DNA of 64,000 nucleotides from Escherichia coli (GTDB lineage Bacteria; Pseudomonadota; Gammaproteobacteria; Enterobacterales; Enterobacteriaceae): NCBI RefSeq assembly GCF_001677475.2, contig NZ_CP015229.1; one strand, 5' to 3'. Shown piece by piece: positions 62,878 to 64,000 of this stretch (position 1 is its first letter; each line of letters starts with the position of its first letter). The notes under the pieces were generated by a model. It saw only the letters and a program-made list of their open reading frames with translations, ran no database searches and was not told where the DNA came from. The position numbers and the translations under genes were made by a program.

Positions 62878-63711
62878 TCACTGAGTCAGCCCAACAAAGC
62901 GACCCGCCTTGATATAAATCCCTGGCTTCAGGTGCCCAACATACTGTAACTGCGTTTCTGGCTTAAACGCAGAGACATCGCCAGTACGCATATGCATCAG
63001 ATCGGCAGGGCTAATCCAGCCCGATTGCGCCAGCGTAAGCGGATGCCCGGCTTTGGCAAATGCATCCGTGACAAATTCCGAACAAAACCACGACTTTTTG
63101 TCTCCTTCGCCCACACTGCTTAACTGCGCTTTCGCCAGGCCGCTGACGCACTGTTGGCGAAAATCCTCGGAGAACGGATTCAGTGAGCACATCTGGCGAG
63201 TCACCATAAATGGAATAAATTCGACAATGCCGCGATAGTTATAACCGCTATCTTTGATTTTATTGGCAAACGCGGTGATATCTGTGGCTTGTTGCGGGGT
63301 AAGATCCGGAACTCGTAAGACGAAAAGCTTATCACTATGCTTCATCGCTTTTTTAAGGGAAACAATCTGGACACCATCCCCTGTCGCTTCTGCAACGTTA
63401 TTATCACCCAGATAGATTGCAACGTGACTCACAGAGGAAGTGTTGAAGACGCGGATTCCAAATGAGGTTACCCCAAGGCTTGAGGAGAACAGCAAATCGC
63501 CGGGTTTGAGATCAGGTACCGTTATTTCTTTTATTGATTGTTCGGTGAAAGAGCTTTGATGCTGGAATTTGACAGCCCATGTTTTTGCCTCGACATCTAC
63601 CGCTGTGGCAGAGGAGTCTGGCTGGCTGATATCAACGGTACACGCCGAAAGTAAAAGAAAGCTGGGGAGAAGCAGGCGGTAGTACGCCTTTGGTTTATCC
63701 ATTTTATACAA
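62878..63711 (-). CDS. yaeF: NlpC/P60-family lipoprotein
   Basis: ORF with lipobox LLSAC near the N-terminus; start ambiguous between 63711 and 63702. Confidence 0.88.
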   Translation of the reverse strand: MYKMDKPKAYYRLLLPSFLLLSACTVDISQPDSSATAVDVEAKTWAVKFQHQSSFTEQSIKEITVPDLKPGDLLFSSSLGVTSFGIRVFNTSSVSHVAIYLGDNNVAEATGDGVQIVSLKKAMKHSDKLFVLRVPDLTPQQATDITAFANKIKDSGYNYRGIVEFIPFMVTRQMCSLNPFSEDFRQQCVSGLAKAQLSSVGEGDKKSWFCSEFVTDAFAKAGHPLTLAQSGWISPADLMHMRTGDVSAFKPETQLQYVGHLKPGIYIKAGRFVGLTQ

Positions 63712-63754
63712 TCCATGTAAAAAAGGGCCCTGAAATTCAGGACCCTTTCTGGCA

Positions 63755-64000
63755 TCAGCCTTTAATCTGTTTCACCAGATAATCGACGATGTCACCAGTC
63801 TTAATTAACTGTTTCTCGCCGTTACGACGATATTTATATTCGATATCGTCGTTGTCAAGGTTACGGTCGCCCAGCACAATCGTGTGCGGAATACCGATCA
63901 GTTCCATATCAGCAAACATCACGCCCGGACGCTCTTTGCGGTCATCCAGCAGCACTTCGATACCCTGCGCGCGCAGTTCGCTGTACAGTTTCTCGGCCAG
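63755..64000 (-). CDS. proS: prolyl-tRNA synthetase, C-terminal part (5' end beyond the window)
   Basis: Minus-strand frame open to the window edge and ending ...[12 protein letters not shown]. Confidence 0.9.

Overview
This 64 kb window is a contiguous piece of Escherichia coli-type core chromosome. Gene order and protein sequences match the K-12 map interval from the yad fimbrial operon to proS: yadM'-htrE-yadV-yadN, folK-pcnB-gluQ-dksA-sfsA-ligT, hrpB-mrcB-fhuACDB, hemL, clcA-erpA, yadS-btuF-mtn, dgt-degP-cdaR, yaeH, dapD-glnD-map, rpsB-tsf-pyrH-frr-dxr-ispU-cdsA-rseP-bamA-skp-lpxD-fabZ-lpxA-lpxB-rnhB-dnaE-accA-ldcC-yaeR-tilS, rof-yaeP, yaeQ-arfB-nlpE, yaeF and the 3' end of proS. I see no rRNA, tRNA, CRISPR array, IS element, integrase or prophage remnant. 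Almost all long ORFs are accounted for by well-known housekeeping, envelope-biogenesis and iron-uptake genes. I therefore find no convincing evidence of a new multi-gene system here. The observations worth a second look are smaller in scale: (1) the AT-rich, repeat-containing control region of the cryptic yad chaperone-usher fimbrial operon; (2) a FolK C-terminus that differs from my recollection of the K-12 protein; (3) a short yaeH-dapD junction where K-12, from memory, carries yaeI; (4) several non-canonical or overlapped translation starts (pcnB AUU, fabZ TTG, lpxA/frr/skp/fhuB/yaeP GTG, and a gluQ start buried in the dksA terminator); (5) structured intergenic elements (rpsB leader/tff, rpsB-tsf attenuator, hrpB-mrcB perfect hairpin, Fur boxes at fhuA, sigma-E promoter at degP). 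All gene names rest on my recognition of the translated proteins and synteny, not on a database search. Coordinates of starts are taken from the supplied ORF track and corrected by reading the sequence where I could.
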